The notes beneath the pieces were generated by a model. It ran no database searches, was not told the DNA's origin, and saw only the letters and a program-made list of their open reading frames with translations. Shown in pieces: positions 1 through 11,840 of a stretch of 43,058 bases of DNA. Source of the stretch: Callorhinchus milii (Eukaryota); the NCBI RefSeq assembly GCF_018977255.1, contig NW_024705454.1, positions 1 through 43,058 on the forward strand, given 5' to 3'. Within the stretch, counting starts at the first letter, position 1; every line of letters begins with the position of its first letter. The translations under genes and the position numbers were made by a program.

Positions 1-849
1 AGAAGACGGGAATGTGTCAGGGGAACTTTAAACAGTAATGCAACACACATTTACAATTCTATAGCATCCTCACTTTGCGTATCGTCGCAATGCTCTTTAC
101 AGCTGTGCAGGCGACCAGTCGGTGGGAGTAGATCAGAGCGGAGAGTTGATTGATAACGAAAACGACGTCAAAAGAGACGAACTTTGAAGCGAAGAACAGG
201 TATGGGGCGCCATGTTGGTAGGTTTCGAGAAGATTCCAGGGTTGGGGTGAGAAGGATGGTAGATTCAATCTGTTTGGTATAGGGGAGGGAATGGATTCGA
301 ACAGGAAGAGTAGTGAAATGCTCATGAAGAACATTGCGCGAAAGGTCACTGGCGGCAGAAGCTTGGATATTAGCTGGAGGACCAGGGGTCAGAGCAGTAG
401 AACAAGATCGCCATTGAGACACGTGTGTTACATATGCAAAGATGAGGTTCTGGTAGGCCCCAGTGGAAAGGGAGAGAAGTACGCTGTGGTGAAATCATGG
501 ATGAGTGGGCCTGAAAGTGAAGCTCTTTCAAAGACCTGGCGAATCTCCATAGCGGAATTTACTATTATTGGCTGAAACACAAGAACATAAGAAACGCCAA
601 ATGAAAAAAAGAAAAAGGGCCATTTTGGTCTCCCTCCACATTCCTGGCGGTCCCACGCACATATGTCCAGGATATTGTTGTTTCCTAAAAGTAATCTATC
701 TCGTCTGATTTTTTAAGGAATGCTTCAAACGTCTCCTTAGGGGACCTGTTCCACATTTTAACTCTTTGATCACTGAAATAGTGTTTCTATAGATTCGAAT
801 CACAGCTACCAGTTTGCGCACAACCACGTCTGAGAAACATTCATGAAGC

Positions 850-1090
850 GAGTGACTAATTGTATCGAGGGAATTGTTGGCCAGGACACTGGGAGAAACT
901 CCCTGAACTTTTAGAAATAGAGCCAATGAATATTTTAATATCCAGCTGAACAGGCAGCAGTAACTTTTGGTTAACGTCTCATACGAAGGTTAGCATCTCC
1001 AGCAATCCCATACATGCCCAGCAATGCATTGAACCCACAGTTATCTGATTGACTCAGAGGTGAGATTGCGACCACTGATCCAGGCTGGCA
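850..1090 (-). mobile_element. Old Deu-domain tRNA-SINE fragment (SacSINE1/AmnSINE1-like)
   Basis: gttggccaggacactgggagaaactccc...ggttaacgtctcatacgaagg...ttgaacccac...gactcagaggtgagattgcgaccactga resembles, from recall, the reverse complement of the Deu core plus tRNA head of chondrichthyan DeuSINEs. Confidence 0.55.
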
Positions 1091-1689
1091 AATTTTCAGC
1101 TGATACAGCAATTCATAACCCGATGGGCGATTGTAAGGGACTCGTATTGGAATTGTATTGATTATTGTTCACTGTGGCAGGTATTTCATATTTAGTTGTC
1201 TAAACTTCAACGTTATCACCAGTGCCCACATTTCTGTCGCAAATAATTTGTTTGTCCCTTCCTGTACCTAATACTCACTGTCGTGAGATAAGCAGCGTGT
1301 GTGCTTCAGTGCAAAGAGTGTACCTTCTTTTCACGACTGGGGAATTGCAGTAGTAAGTGGTGACATATCTGTATCTCTTTGTTGATTTAGATACTTTAAC
1401 AACAGTTTGCGTTTACACATGGTAGCGTCTGGGATATTGGAGGCAAGGCTTTCCGCGTGGATGAGACAACCAGCTGCTGAGAATTAAAGCACTGCGCTAA
1501 ATTGCATAACTCAGGGAGAGAATGTTTTCCACACCCACAAACTCATCTGTGATCATGTGATAAATTATCAGAATAAAGTGTTCGCTTCTTTGATTTAAAT
1601 AAGACTCCCTTTTATGCTCTTCAACGAATTCATATTAGCGTGATCTACTGCCTGTGTGAAGCAGCGGAATATTTATTTTCTCCGTGAAG

Positions 1690-1759
1690 ATGACAACTCC
1701 ATTAATTTTTAGGATAGAAGACATTTACTACCCAATTCTGGCTGCTGTTGGAATTCCTG
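1690..1759 (+). CDS. GPR139/GPR142-like GPCR, coding exon 1 (MTTPLIFRIEDIYYPILAAVGIP)
   Basis: ATG at 1690. The YYPILAAVGIP TM1 start is typical of shark GPR139-like receptors. The exon ends at phase 1 on CTG|GCAAGT and joins the 4177 acceptor in frame (G+CT=Ala, then NLVAIMILSRG). Confidence 0.85.
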
Positions 1760-2229
1760 GCAAGTGACTTAACCAATTAATTTCTCAGCTTAATATGCAG
1801 TAACATTTGCAGCTTGACTCAGTTTCGCTCTCTTCCCAATCAGTAAGGACCTTGTGGTTAATAGCACTATTTAGGGACAAGGCGACCGACAATCAAACAA
1901 AGTAGGAGTGGAGGAGTTCTACCTTTGGAAAAGCAGTATTTAGAGGAAGAAATTGATTATAAATGTCGGGATTGCATCTTTAGATACTAAAGATTGTACG
2001 GTTCTATCGAAAAGAGAAAACATAGACAATGACAATGTCAAAGCCTTTTTCATAGCATAACGCGTTTTATCATGTAAGAACATAATAATATTTTGGTAAC
2101 ATCTTCATGTTTGTTTGGTGCAGTTCGCTGCGCGTTTCGCTCATATTACTTCCTAGATTGAAGAAAAAAGGATTCGTCCCTCCAGGGAGAGAGTGCACTT
2201 TGTGTTCCAACCATCTGTTTCTGGCATTT

Positions 2230-3125
2230 CCATAGACAGTTTGGATGCATGGAACCGCCTTTTGGTTTGGTTAATGCAAAGCATGGTCATAGGTTTGTAC
2301 ATGGAGCCTAATGGCAGATAAATATTTAACGTGGAGAAATGCGAAGTGTCGTGTTTCGGAGGAAGAATGAGGAGAGTCATTATAATCTGATGGTAGAAAC
2401 TCATAGGTGGTGAAGGAACAGAGACAGCTGGGGTTTCACATCAATAAATCTTTGAAGGTGGCGGGACAAACAGATCAAGCTTTAAAAAGACAGGTTATCA
2501 GGCTTTAGAAACAGGATCGTAGAATGTAGAAAAAATAAAAAATTCATCAAGTTATGATGAGCACACGTAAAAAATGGTTCAGCCTGAGGAAATGTACTGC
2601 ATTCAATTCTGGCACGACAATTCAGGAAGGGTATCAAGGTACTTGAGACGGTGCAAATATTGGAAAGTTGCAGGAATGATGGACCCAGTTATAGGGAGAA
2701 GCTATGGAAGTTAGGATTGTTCTCCTTGGAGCAGAGAAGTTAAGAGGAGAATTAATAGAAGATGAAAATCATGATTATGATATTATTTCGATCAGGTGAA
2801 CAACTATTTCCACTGGCGGGTGGGTCGGTAACCCGTGGACACCGAATTAAAACGGTTGCTAAAAGAAAGAGATTGGAGTCGAGAATTTTTTTTTTGAACA
2901 GACAGTGATTCGTATCTGAAATGCATTGTCTGAACGGGCAGTAGAAGCCGATTCGATAACATCTTTTCGTAGAGAAGTAAATAATTATTTGGGTATGACA
3001 AGTTCTCAGGTCTATGGGGATAGCGCAGAGGAGTGGGAATGATTTGGAAAGCTCTTTTCAAAGAGCCGGCACCGGCACCATAATCTGAATGGCCTCCTTC
3101 TATCGTGTGCAATGCTATGATTCTG
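2230..3125 (+). mobile_element. CR1 LINE, degenerate 3' part (RT C-terminus and 3' UTR), inside the GPCR intron
   Basis: Decayed WQ..FNVEKCEV..FG and EQR.LG motifs, LGLFSLEQRSLRGEL, and a CR1-type end gaatggcctccttct...ctatgattct. Confidence 0.8.
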
Positions 3126-3129
3126 TGTG

Positions 3130-3732
3130 TCATTCACCCGACTGATTCCGAAATCCAATGCGTATCTCCTTCTGTCTTTCTGTCTTCGTTTGTGTATCTC
3201 ATTCTCTCTAAGTATTGCTCTTTCTGTCTGTGTATCTCTATTTCTCTCACTCTCTCTTTTTGCATCTCTCTCGCTCTCTTTCTCCCTCTTTATCTCTCTC
3301 TCTCTCTCTCTCTATGGTTGAGCGTGTGTTTGTTTCTCTCCCTAACTTTGCATGACTCTTATTGTGTATCTCTCTCGAGGTCAGTACATCTTCCACGCTC
3401 TATTTATGTGTGTTCCTTTCTGTTTGTTTCCATGTCTTAGCATTTGTATCTGTGTGCTGAAATGCATTTCTCTCTTTCCTTGTGTTTGCTTCTCTAAGAA
3501 TATCCGCCTCTCCGTCCTATGTTCATTTTGTGTCTGTTTGCCTGTCTGTATCTCTCCCTTTCTCTCAGCGTCTGTGTACATTTCTCTGTCCATGTTTCTT
3601 TCTGTCAGTTGGTGTGTGTGAATGTGTGCATCTGTCTATTTGTGTCTCTGTATCTCTGATTTTCTACATGTCTGTCTCTCTCTGTCTTTGACCCTATCTG
3701 CCCCATTCTCTCCGTCTTCCCACCACCACCCT

Positions 3733-3763
<31 letters not shown>

Positions 3764-3990
3764 CTCTCTCACACACTCTCTCTTTTTGTCTCGCTCTTAC
3801 TCTGCCTATATCTCTCTGCGTCTGTGTATCCCTTTATCTCTGTCTCTTTCTTCAGCTGTGTATGCATGCATCTCACTGACTCTGTGTCTTTTTCTCTTTA
3901 TCCGCCTATGTGTTTTCTTTTCCTGGCTTGTTCAACTCTATCCCTGGATCTCTCTGTCTTTCTCACTCTCCAGAGAACTGTCTCGCTTCT
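3130..3990. repeat. (CT)n/(TG)n low-complexity tract
   Basis: Dinucleotide-rich sequence that produces spurious S/L/C-rich ORFs. Confidence 0.9.
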
Positions 3991-4176
3991 ACTGGGCCGC
4001 GTAATGATAGATATCGAGTCAGGTTTTGCTCCATATCCCTGGGATTTCAGGAGGGAGATGCGAATATTGTTGGAATGGAAAGTCCACAGCATTCACTGCA
4101 TTAGCTCTATGCAAACTGTACAATGGATCCTTATGACTGATTATTTATATCTGGCTCTCACTCTCTCCCTCTGTAG

Positions 4177-5094
4177 CTAACCTCGTGGCAATTATGATCC
4201 TGTCTCGAGGGAGGTGCGGGCTCTCCAAATGTATCTCTCGCTATCTACTGACAATGTCAATCTGTGATCTGATGGTGGTTATAATAGCTGTGATTTTCAG
4301 CCGTATTGTTAATTTTTACTTCCCATATCCATTCACGCGCATCACTCCTGTGTGCCGATTACTGCGTGTGCTGGATATGGCAACAAAGGCAATTTCCGTC
4401 TGGTTAACTGTGGCTTTCACCTTTGATCGATATGTCGTCATCTGTTGCACAAAACTGAGAGCAAAATATTGCACCGAAACAACAGCTTCTACAGTGATCG
4501 CCGTATTGTGTGTGTTCTTCTTTGCGCAAAATATTCCCTGGTATTTTACATATGAACCACTGCACTTAATTAACAACACACCGTGGTATTGTGCTATTAA
4601 AAAAAACTATTACATTTCTCTCCCATGGGTATTGTTTGACCTGCTCAACGTTATATTAACCCCTTTTTCTCCCATTCGTTTTGATTTTGCTGCTCAACGT
4701 CCTGACGGTCAGCCACATATTGGTGGCCAGTCGAGCTCGCAGTAGATTGCGGGGACACAGTGATGGGGACAGGAATAGAGGAGCGAGTCACAGTGATCCA
4801 GAGATGAGGAACAGAAGGAAATCCATCGTTTTACTCTTTGCTGTTTCCGCCAATTTTATATTGTTATGGATAACATATGTTTTATATTTCTTATACTGGA
4901 GGATTTCAGACACATATTACTTCAAAGGTGCGAATGACCCACTGCACATTATCTATCAAACTGGCTTCATGTTGCAGCTTTTGAGTTCCTGTACTAATAT
5001 GGTTATTTACGCGGTTACTCAGACTAAATTCAGAGAGGAAATTAAGAAAGCGGCGACATTTCCTTTCACGCTAATTTTTAGATTATATCATTGA
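4177..5094 (+). CDS. GPR139/GPR142-like class A GPCR, exon 2 (TM1-TM7), with a +1 frameshift at the T5 run 4664-4668 (pseudogene or assembly error)
   Basis: Acceptor ctctccctctgtag|. Motifs LSRGRCGLSKCISRYL, SVWLTVAFTFDRYVVIC, NIPWY, RRKSIVLLFAVS and QLLSSCTNMVIYAVTQTKFR. Removing one T joins ORFs 4185-4745 and 4681-5094 as LTPFLPFVLILLLN. Stop TGA at 5092-5094. Confidence 0.9.
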
Positions 5095-6421
5095 AACAAG
5101 TTCTATTGTTCTTATTTTCTGTGTCACTGGATAGACACATTGTCAGGATTCAGTCTGTTTCTGAGTGTCTCTGTTTATTTGTGCGTTTGTGGATGGGGGT
5201 AGATTACACGCGTGTGCATGTGCCTATGTGTGTTTGCCTTTCTGAGCGTGTCTGTTTGTGTATCCGTCTATGTGTATCTCTCTGTGCGCATGCATGTATA
5301 TGCGCTGCTGCATTTCGCCCACAAAATATACAGTCAATTCACTTGAAACTACATTCTGTGAATCGCTTTGAGACATCTCCAAGACCTGATAAGGCGCGAT
5401 ATCAAATAAAATGAGAATTATTATTCACTTTATTATCCTTTCCCCATTCCAGAATTAGTCAAGGTGCGTTTCTGTATGAAGTTCTTCAGACATCCATTCC
5501 CACATCGAGCAATTATTTTAATCCTTTCCTTTCAGTTTGTACAATGATTCTCAATCCACAGCATTGGTTACTTAATTGAATCTTTTCTTTCAATGTTCAT
5601 TTCTTATAATGGATCAGTGTACAAGAAGTAGAAGACAAAGCCCTCATTTATATGTTGTATTACGATTTTTCAAAAATGTATCAACATTACTCCATTCTAA
5701 TCTATATTATCTCAAATATAAACACATAATTTTGTGATAATAATTCAAATAACGTTATTTGGTACGTTTTGATGCCCAATATTTTGTTTATAATGCTTGC
5801 ATTTGATTTCTGAGCAAATTATTCATTCTCTTTACCACTTTTTTACTCTACCCGTTTTATCCAAGTAAGTTCATCGGCTGTCGACTTTCACACTAACAGT
5901 CATTTTCCTCTCCTAACTTTCGATTATGAAGCTTAGATTAATGTAGCCTACTGATCAGAGCACTCGCCTCGCATTCGAGATACCTGGCAGGGTGAAACAT
6001 TAAGCAAGTTGCCTTACTCCCCATATCACTGTTTTCCTACCAGTAAATAGGTCGATTGGAGGATCGCTTGTCTCCAAAAGGAAACAACAAAATACAGAAC
6101 CTATAGCAATAATGTGGTCACACGAACCAGAATGTTTGTTGAACATTGCTGTGCGCAAACGGCTGATGCATTTCGCCTACACAATATTGAACGAATTCGC
6201 GTTATAGTAAGTTCTTTGAAGCGCTTTGAGACGTTCTATTGATTTTCACGTCTCTGAGTGTTTGACCTCTGCTTCCCTCATGGATCATTGAGGATTCTGT
6301 GTGACAACCAGATGTGCTGTCAATGAGATGTTCCCTTTGTGCCTTTGTCTCATTTCCATTCCCACAGAATAGCGCTGCTGCGGCCTAAAGAGGCAGAAGG
6401 ACACACCGACGGAACACGGTC

Positions 6422-6460
6422 AGTCTATGTAGGGGTAACTGACTGGCTCCCAGGTCTATG
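6422..6460 (-). other. Degenerate 23-spacer recombination signal sequence of the V pseudogene
   Basis: On the minus strand: CATAGAC (6460-6454), exactly 23 nt, then ACATAGACT (6430-6422). Consensus is CACAGTG-23-ACAAAAACC. It sits immediately 3' of the V exon once the SINE is removed. Confidence 0.6.
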
Positions 6461-6461
6461 T

Positions 6462-6781
6462 AATAATAATAATAATAGTCTTTGCATTTGATATAGCGCT
6501 TTTTACGTCGCGAGGACGTCCCAAAGCGCTTCACAGAATATACTGTGAAGTGAGTTGACTATATATTTGTGGGCGAACGCGGCAGCCAATTGGGCACAGC
6601 AATGTCCCACAAACAATCGAAGATTGAAAATGACCCATTTATTATTGTTTTTGGAGGGATTATTATTAGGCTCTGTGTGGAGTAAGGAAACTTGCCCAAG
6701 GTTTCGCCCTCTGCCTGGAATTGAACTCAGGTCTCTCGCTTGCAAAGCGAGTGCTCTAACCACTGAGCTACAGGACTCCAA
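6462..6781 (-). mobile_element. Full-length tRNA(Ala)-derived SINE with L2-type tail and (TTA)n end
   Basis: Head ggagtcctgtagctcagtggttagagcac...ttgcaag...gagttcaattcc (A/B boxes, TGC anticodon-like loop). Near-identical copies occur elsewhere in the window. Confidence 0.92.
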
Positions 6782-7078
6782 GTAATTGGAGACTGCAGTA
6801 TTACACAGCGCTGTCAGACAGCTCCAACAGAGAGCAGGTTAAACTGATGAGTTTTGTCCAGGTCTGGTGGTCAGCAGTCTGCTTGATTTGTATCACCAAA
6901 GCAACTCTTTTTAAGCATAAAAAACTAGATCCGTTTCTTGTTGTTCTCGAAACCAGTATAAATATTAGCTGTTCAGAGGTGACACTCCATCATGATGGTA
7001 TTCCTCGGTCGCACGTCCTACTTCTTTCTCAATCACTGAAACCACCTTCAGTGTAAACAGAATCTCCATGGATCAAAC
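6782..7078 (-). pseudogene. T-cell receptor alpha/delta-type V segment pseudogene (V exon)
   Basis: Acceptor ttcttgtctttcag|. Across frameshifts it reads G-LIHG-DSV.TLKVVSVIEKE...*YLYWFREQ...FMLKK..GDTNQAD...KLISLTCSLLELSDSAV*YCSL. Conserved Trp at 6955-6953, second Cys at 6797-6795, followed by a 23-RSS. First Cys lost; contains stops. Confidence 0.8.
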
Positions 7079-7093
7079 CTGAAAGACAAGAAC

Positions 7094-7320
7094 GTGGAGT
7101 CCTGTCGCGTAGTGGGTGGAGCACTCGCTCCAAAAGAGAGCGAGAGGACCAGGGTGCGATACCCTGGGATGGCGAAATCTCAGCAAACCTTTCTTATTCC
7201 GCCCACAAGCAAACGCCTCTATTTGTCGAGCAGTAAATACCAACCCGGTTGTTTGACAATAAGCGGAAACCTTTCATGTGCTTTCATGTGTCTTTATCTA
7301 CCTCTCTTCTACCACAAGGT
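7094..7320 (+). mobile_element. Diverged tRNA-SINE copy (5' part)
   Basis: gtggagtcctgtcgcgtagtgggtggagcactcgc... matches the head of the local SINE family. Confidence 0.6.
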
Positions 7321-7560
7321 TGTCTGTGGACTACGCCTATTGGTGCGATTTATCGCTTCTTATCTTTTATTTGTATCCACCGAGATTCTGTTCATATCTT
7401 ACTTATGGCTATATCCCATTTTCCATGATGCTATCCCCAAAATGTACAGCTACTCCACCGCGCTTTATCCCGTCTCCAGCCTTTCTAAATATGTGATACC
7501 CCGCAATATGTATTTGGCAATCCTGCTCGTTCTGCAGCCACATTTCACTAAGCCCTGCTA
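7320..7560 (-). mobile_element. CR1 LINE endonuclease-domain fragment
   Basis: Minus strand, across frameshifts: E.WL, IAGYHIFRK, RGGVAVHF, WIQIKDKK, IGVVHRQP, which is an APE endonuclease pattern. Confidence 0.65.
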
Positions 7561-8605
7561 TATTTGGTGCACTTCACTATGAAGCCGTTGAAAGTACTCT
7601 CTGATGAGCTTTTACGCTACATGTCCTGCTCGGAGCACCCTACCAGTTGTGGCTTTGGTTTGCAGGATTAACAGGTGTTGAGTGAAAAGACTGTCTGCCC
7701 GAAGTGACTGGATAGGACTAGACTGTCTGCCGATCAGTCAGACTGCCTGTGCTTTCATCAGCAGTGAGAACGGGATGCGCTTTGGCTCGGTTACAATATT
7801 CCGTAGTCAAACACGTCACCTTGGAGATCCTCCAGATGGAAGGACACCCTTTACACCAATTACTTCAAATGTGTCAACCTTGTGATTCAAATACACGCCT
7901 CCAATTGAAACAACGCCCTGAATGTAGGGCCAAAGGCCACTCCGCCATTTTGACACAGTTTGCAGAAACAGTTGTGAATTGAATCACTCGTTTGATCTAA
8001 TGGTCCGCTGGCCAGAAGCAACGGGCGAAATAATGTGATTGCATCTGCATATGGCATTTGCAAATAACTTGAAGTTGCTTGACATTTTGATTCTGAATTA
8101 TTTTCTGCTTGAGAATAATGTCTGATCTGTGGAACCTATATGTGATCGTTTCCCTTTCCCTTTCGTGCACGACGCAAGACGCACCTCTCCGAACGTACCC
8201 TCCGACCCTGTTTGCCGTCGAGCATCACTGATCCCATTCGACCCCCTTACATCGGGTGCTAAACCCTTAGGAAAAGGCGCTCAAGAAATTTATATTAGGA
8301 ATATGTTGTATTTTATTTCTCTATGTGATCACAAATGTCTGAAAGTTTCAAGGTCGGATACGACGAACAAAGTAGATTTTTAAATAATCATCAATTAGAG
8401 ACAATTCTACAAATGTAAATAATTTACCAAGTGATTTCAGCATTAAAATATTAATAAAAGTTGACAGAATTTTCAATAATTTAAACAAATTTCCGATTGT
8501 TTCTAAAAGGCAACAGGTTCATTTGCTAATTCTATACTTAATAAATTCAGTTGTTTATTCGATCTTTTTTCCTCTTATTGCATGTAATACAACGTTAGTA
8601 TTATT

Positions 8606-8858
8606 TAATAATAATAATAATCATTGCATTTGATATAGCGCTTTTCACGCTCCACACGGAGCCTAATAACAATCCCTACAAAACCAAAAACAATAATAAA
8701 TTGGTCATTTTCAAACTACGACTTTGTGTGGGACATTGCTGTGTGCAATTGGCTGTCGCGTTCGCCCACAAATATACAGTCAATTCACTTTATAGTGTGT
8801 TCTGTGAAGCGCTTTGGGACGTCCTCCCGACGTGAAAAGCGCTATATCAAATGCAAGG

Positions 8859-8893
<35 letters not shown>
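8606..8893 (+). mobile_element. 5'-truncated tRNA-SINE (8650-8893, +) fused to an inverted SINE tail (8606-8649, -)
   Basis: aataataatcattgcatttgatatagcgcttttcacg is nearly the reverse complement of cgtgaaaagcgctatatcaaatgcaaggattattatt at the other end. Confidence 0.85.
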
Positions 8894-9122
8894 CAGCAGA
8901 CAGTGAAAGAGATACACACACACTGATAGTGAGTGAGACAGACGTGTGTCAATATCGAGAGATATCGTCCAGTGCGCTTTATCAGACGCCCATCACACCA
9001 CAGCACATGCTCCAACAACTCCCAAAATATGCCATGCAGTCAGTATAAAGCCCGACTCAGTTTATTGCTCAGGTCAGCGTCAGCTTCACACACTCACACA
9101 AATGCAGACAGAGAGAGAGACT

Positions 9123-9160
<38 letters not shown>

Positions 9161-9845
9161 GAGAGAGAAACAGAGGGAGAGAGACGCAGAGAGAAGGAGC
9201 GAAAGTGAGAGAGAGTTAGACACTGAGAGAGAAAGACAGAGAGACAACCGCAGTCACACACCAACAGAGCCACACGTACATGAAGACACTCAGACTCACA
9301 AACAGAGACAAACACAGACTCTCAGAGAAAGACACCTAATCACATATAGACAGAAATTCAAACACACAGATGAACGTAGACAGGCAGAAACACACGTGAG
9401 CGAGCAAGTGAGAGAGAGAGAGTGAGAGAGAGAGACAGACGGCAGAAAGACACAAACACACACACAGCGAAAAAGGAGAAAAGGAGACACAGATAGAGAC
9501 AGAGTGAGGGAAGTACATATCAGCAGATAGTGAAAGGGATACACACACACTGATAGTGAGTGAGACAGACGTCTCACGCACACACAGAGAGAGAGAGAGA
9601 GGGAGAGAGAGAGAAAAAAGAGAGAGGCAGAGGGACAGAGACACAGAGACACAGAGACAAAGACACAGAGAGAAGGAGGCACACACACACTCACACATAT
9701 ACAGATATATATAGACCGACACACGGATAGATCCATTGAAAGACACAAATAGAGATATAGGGAAAGAGACAAACACACTGATGTAGACACAGAGAGTGAC
9801 ACACACGCAAACGCACACAGTGTGGATTGCGTGAGACTGTTTGAT

Positions 9846-10143
9846 ACTTGCATTCGATATAGCGCTTTTCACGTCGGGAGGACGTCCCAAAGCGCTTCAC
9901 GGAACACACTGTAAAGTGAATTGACTCTAAATTTGTGGGCGAACGCGGCGTCCAATTGAGCGCAGCAATGCCCCACAAACAGTCGTAGATTGAAAATGAC
10001 GAATTTATTTTTGTTTTTGGTTTTGGAGGGATTATTATTAGGGCTGTGGAAACTTGCCCGAGGTTTCGCTCTCTGCCTGGAATTGAACTCAGGTCTCTCG
10101 CTTGCAAAGCGAGTGCTCTAACCACTGAGCTACAGGACTCCAA
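9846..10143 (-). mobile_element. tRNA-derived SINE copy (internal deletion, lacks TTA tail)
   Basis: High identity to the copies at 6462-6781 and 34525-34845. Confidence 0.9.
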
Positions 10144-11071
10144 TATTACAATATTATGTTATTCTGCACAACTTTGCACGTAGACAAAGACACACAAAGC
10201 AGATATTTTTACCATTTTTAAGGACTTATAAGTCCCCTCCCACCCGATCACTCACCTCCACTCTATTCCTCGGTGTCACTCTCACTTCTCTCGCTCGGTC
10301 TCTCTCTCTATTGCTTGGTGTCTCATTCTCTCCTTCCATCTCTTTCGCTGTCTCCCACAGACTCTCGATTTTGATCACTCTCTCTCTCTCTCACGCACAC
10401 TGGCTCCCTCTCTGTACTGTTGCTCAGTATCCGACTCAATTTCTACATCTCTCACTCGGGCGGTCTCAGACTTACTTTTCCCCACTTTCACACCTGCTCA
10501 CTATCGTTTTGCTATCAGACATACACTCGCTCTCACGTTCACATATTTACACGCGCACTCTCTCACACTTGCTCTCTCATTAATCATAAGCACTCTCTCT
10601 CGCTAACAATTTCACGAATGCCCTCTCTCACCCTGTCGCATATTCACACTACCTCTTCGTCACAGACCTCAGATACTCTCTCTCTCACTTTTACTCACAC
10701 TCTAATTCACTCTTCATCTTTCTCTCACTCACAATCTTTCTCTCACAAATATATGGTCTCTCACACAATTCTCTCACACACAATTCTCTCTCGCACACTC
10801 TTTCTCTCTCCCCCGCATACTCACCCTCTTACGCTCACTAATAAATAATAAAACTACTAGTTCACACGCTGTATTTCTCATATATACACACACCCCTCAC
10901 CACACAATCTCTCTCACCCACTCTCTTCATTCACCCACTCTTTCAACGCACATCAGCTCTCTTTCACACCTTCTGTCTTCACACTGCTCTCTCACACAGC
11001 ATCTCTCACTCTCGCTCTCTGTCACACACGTTCTCACACAGTCTCCAACACATTACCTCTCTATCTCTGTC

Positions 11072-11840
11072 TCACACACTGTCTCTCTCTCTCTCACACA
11101 CACACACTCCCTCGCACTCACAATGCACGTCCCTCCTGCCCACTCTCTCCCAGCCTCTCTCCCCTACGGTATACACATCCACACAGCCACCAGAGTAGGC
11201 ATCGCGATGAGCAGCGTGAGACACCGCAGTCCGTGCCAGAGCCAGTGCCTCTGACGTGGGCATAACTCGGCGATACCCACTGTCCAACACGCCATAGGCA
11301 TAGGGCGAACCTGAGCCCACGAAGAGCACCTCTCCGTTCAGCCGCGTCCCGTCGTGACACACCTACCAGACCTCTGCTCGGCCCCGGTCCCACCCAGAGG
11401 CACAGATCGGTGTGTGCGCGGTAATGCCGGGACAAAGCCGCTGATAGGAGCCCAGACGGCCCTCGGGCTCCCGGCAAACGCCCGTCTCTCAGCTGCCGCG
11501 GGCGGCACACACCAGCCAACCAGCGGAGCCACGAGGCGCAGTCGGCGGCCATGCCCGAGGTGGTGGCCAGCAGGTGTGTGTGTGGACGGGCACGACTTTG
11601 GAAGAGTCAGGGCTGGCGATCAAGGAATCGCAGGAGGAGAGAGTGTCCGCGGCTACACGGCGCAATTCGCTGGCGGTCAGGTCGAGAGTGGTGGTGCCGT
11701 GAGCGGGTGACGGGGGGATTCGTTCGTCTGAGGGTCTCGCGGAATGGGAACCGGAACAGATGGGGACCAGGGAGACAGGCAGAGAGTCTCCGCTCAACCC
11801 TTAAGCCCCTCCACTCACACACAACGTCCTGGAGAGACAT
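11072..11840 (-). pseudogene. PSMB11: Proteasome subunit beta type-11 (thymoproteasome beta5t) pseudogene, intronless
   Basis: Start MSLQDVVCEW (human MALQDVCKW, from recall). Motifs [65 protein letters not shown] and HRDAYSGG. beta5t-type S20/S31/T45 are retained. Lesions: propeptide frameshift(s), +2 CA slippage near 11575-11586, deletion plus frameshift near 11395, TAG at 11365-11363. Confidence 0.9.

Noticed and set aside
1..575. Possible Tx1/L1 3' remnant on the minus strand
   Set aside because: No motif I could identify with confidence, so left unannotated.
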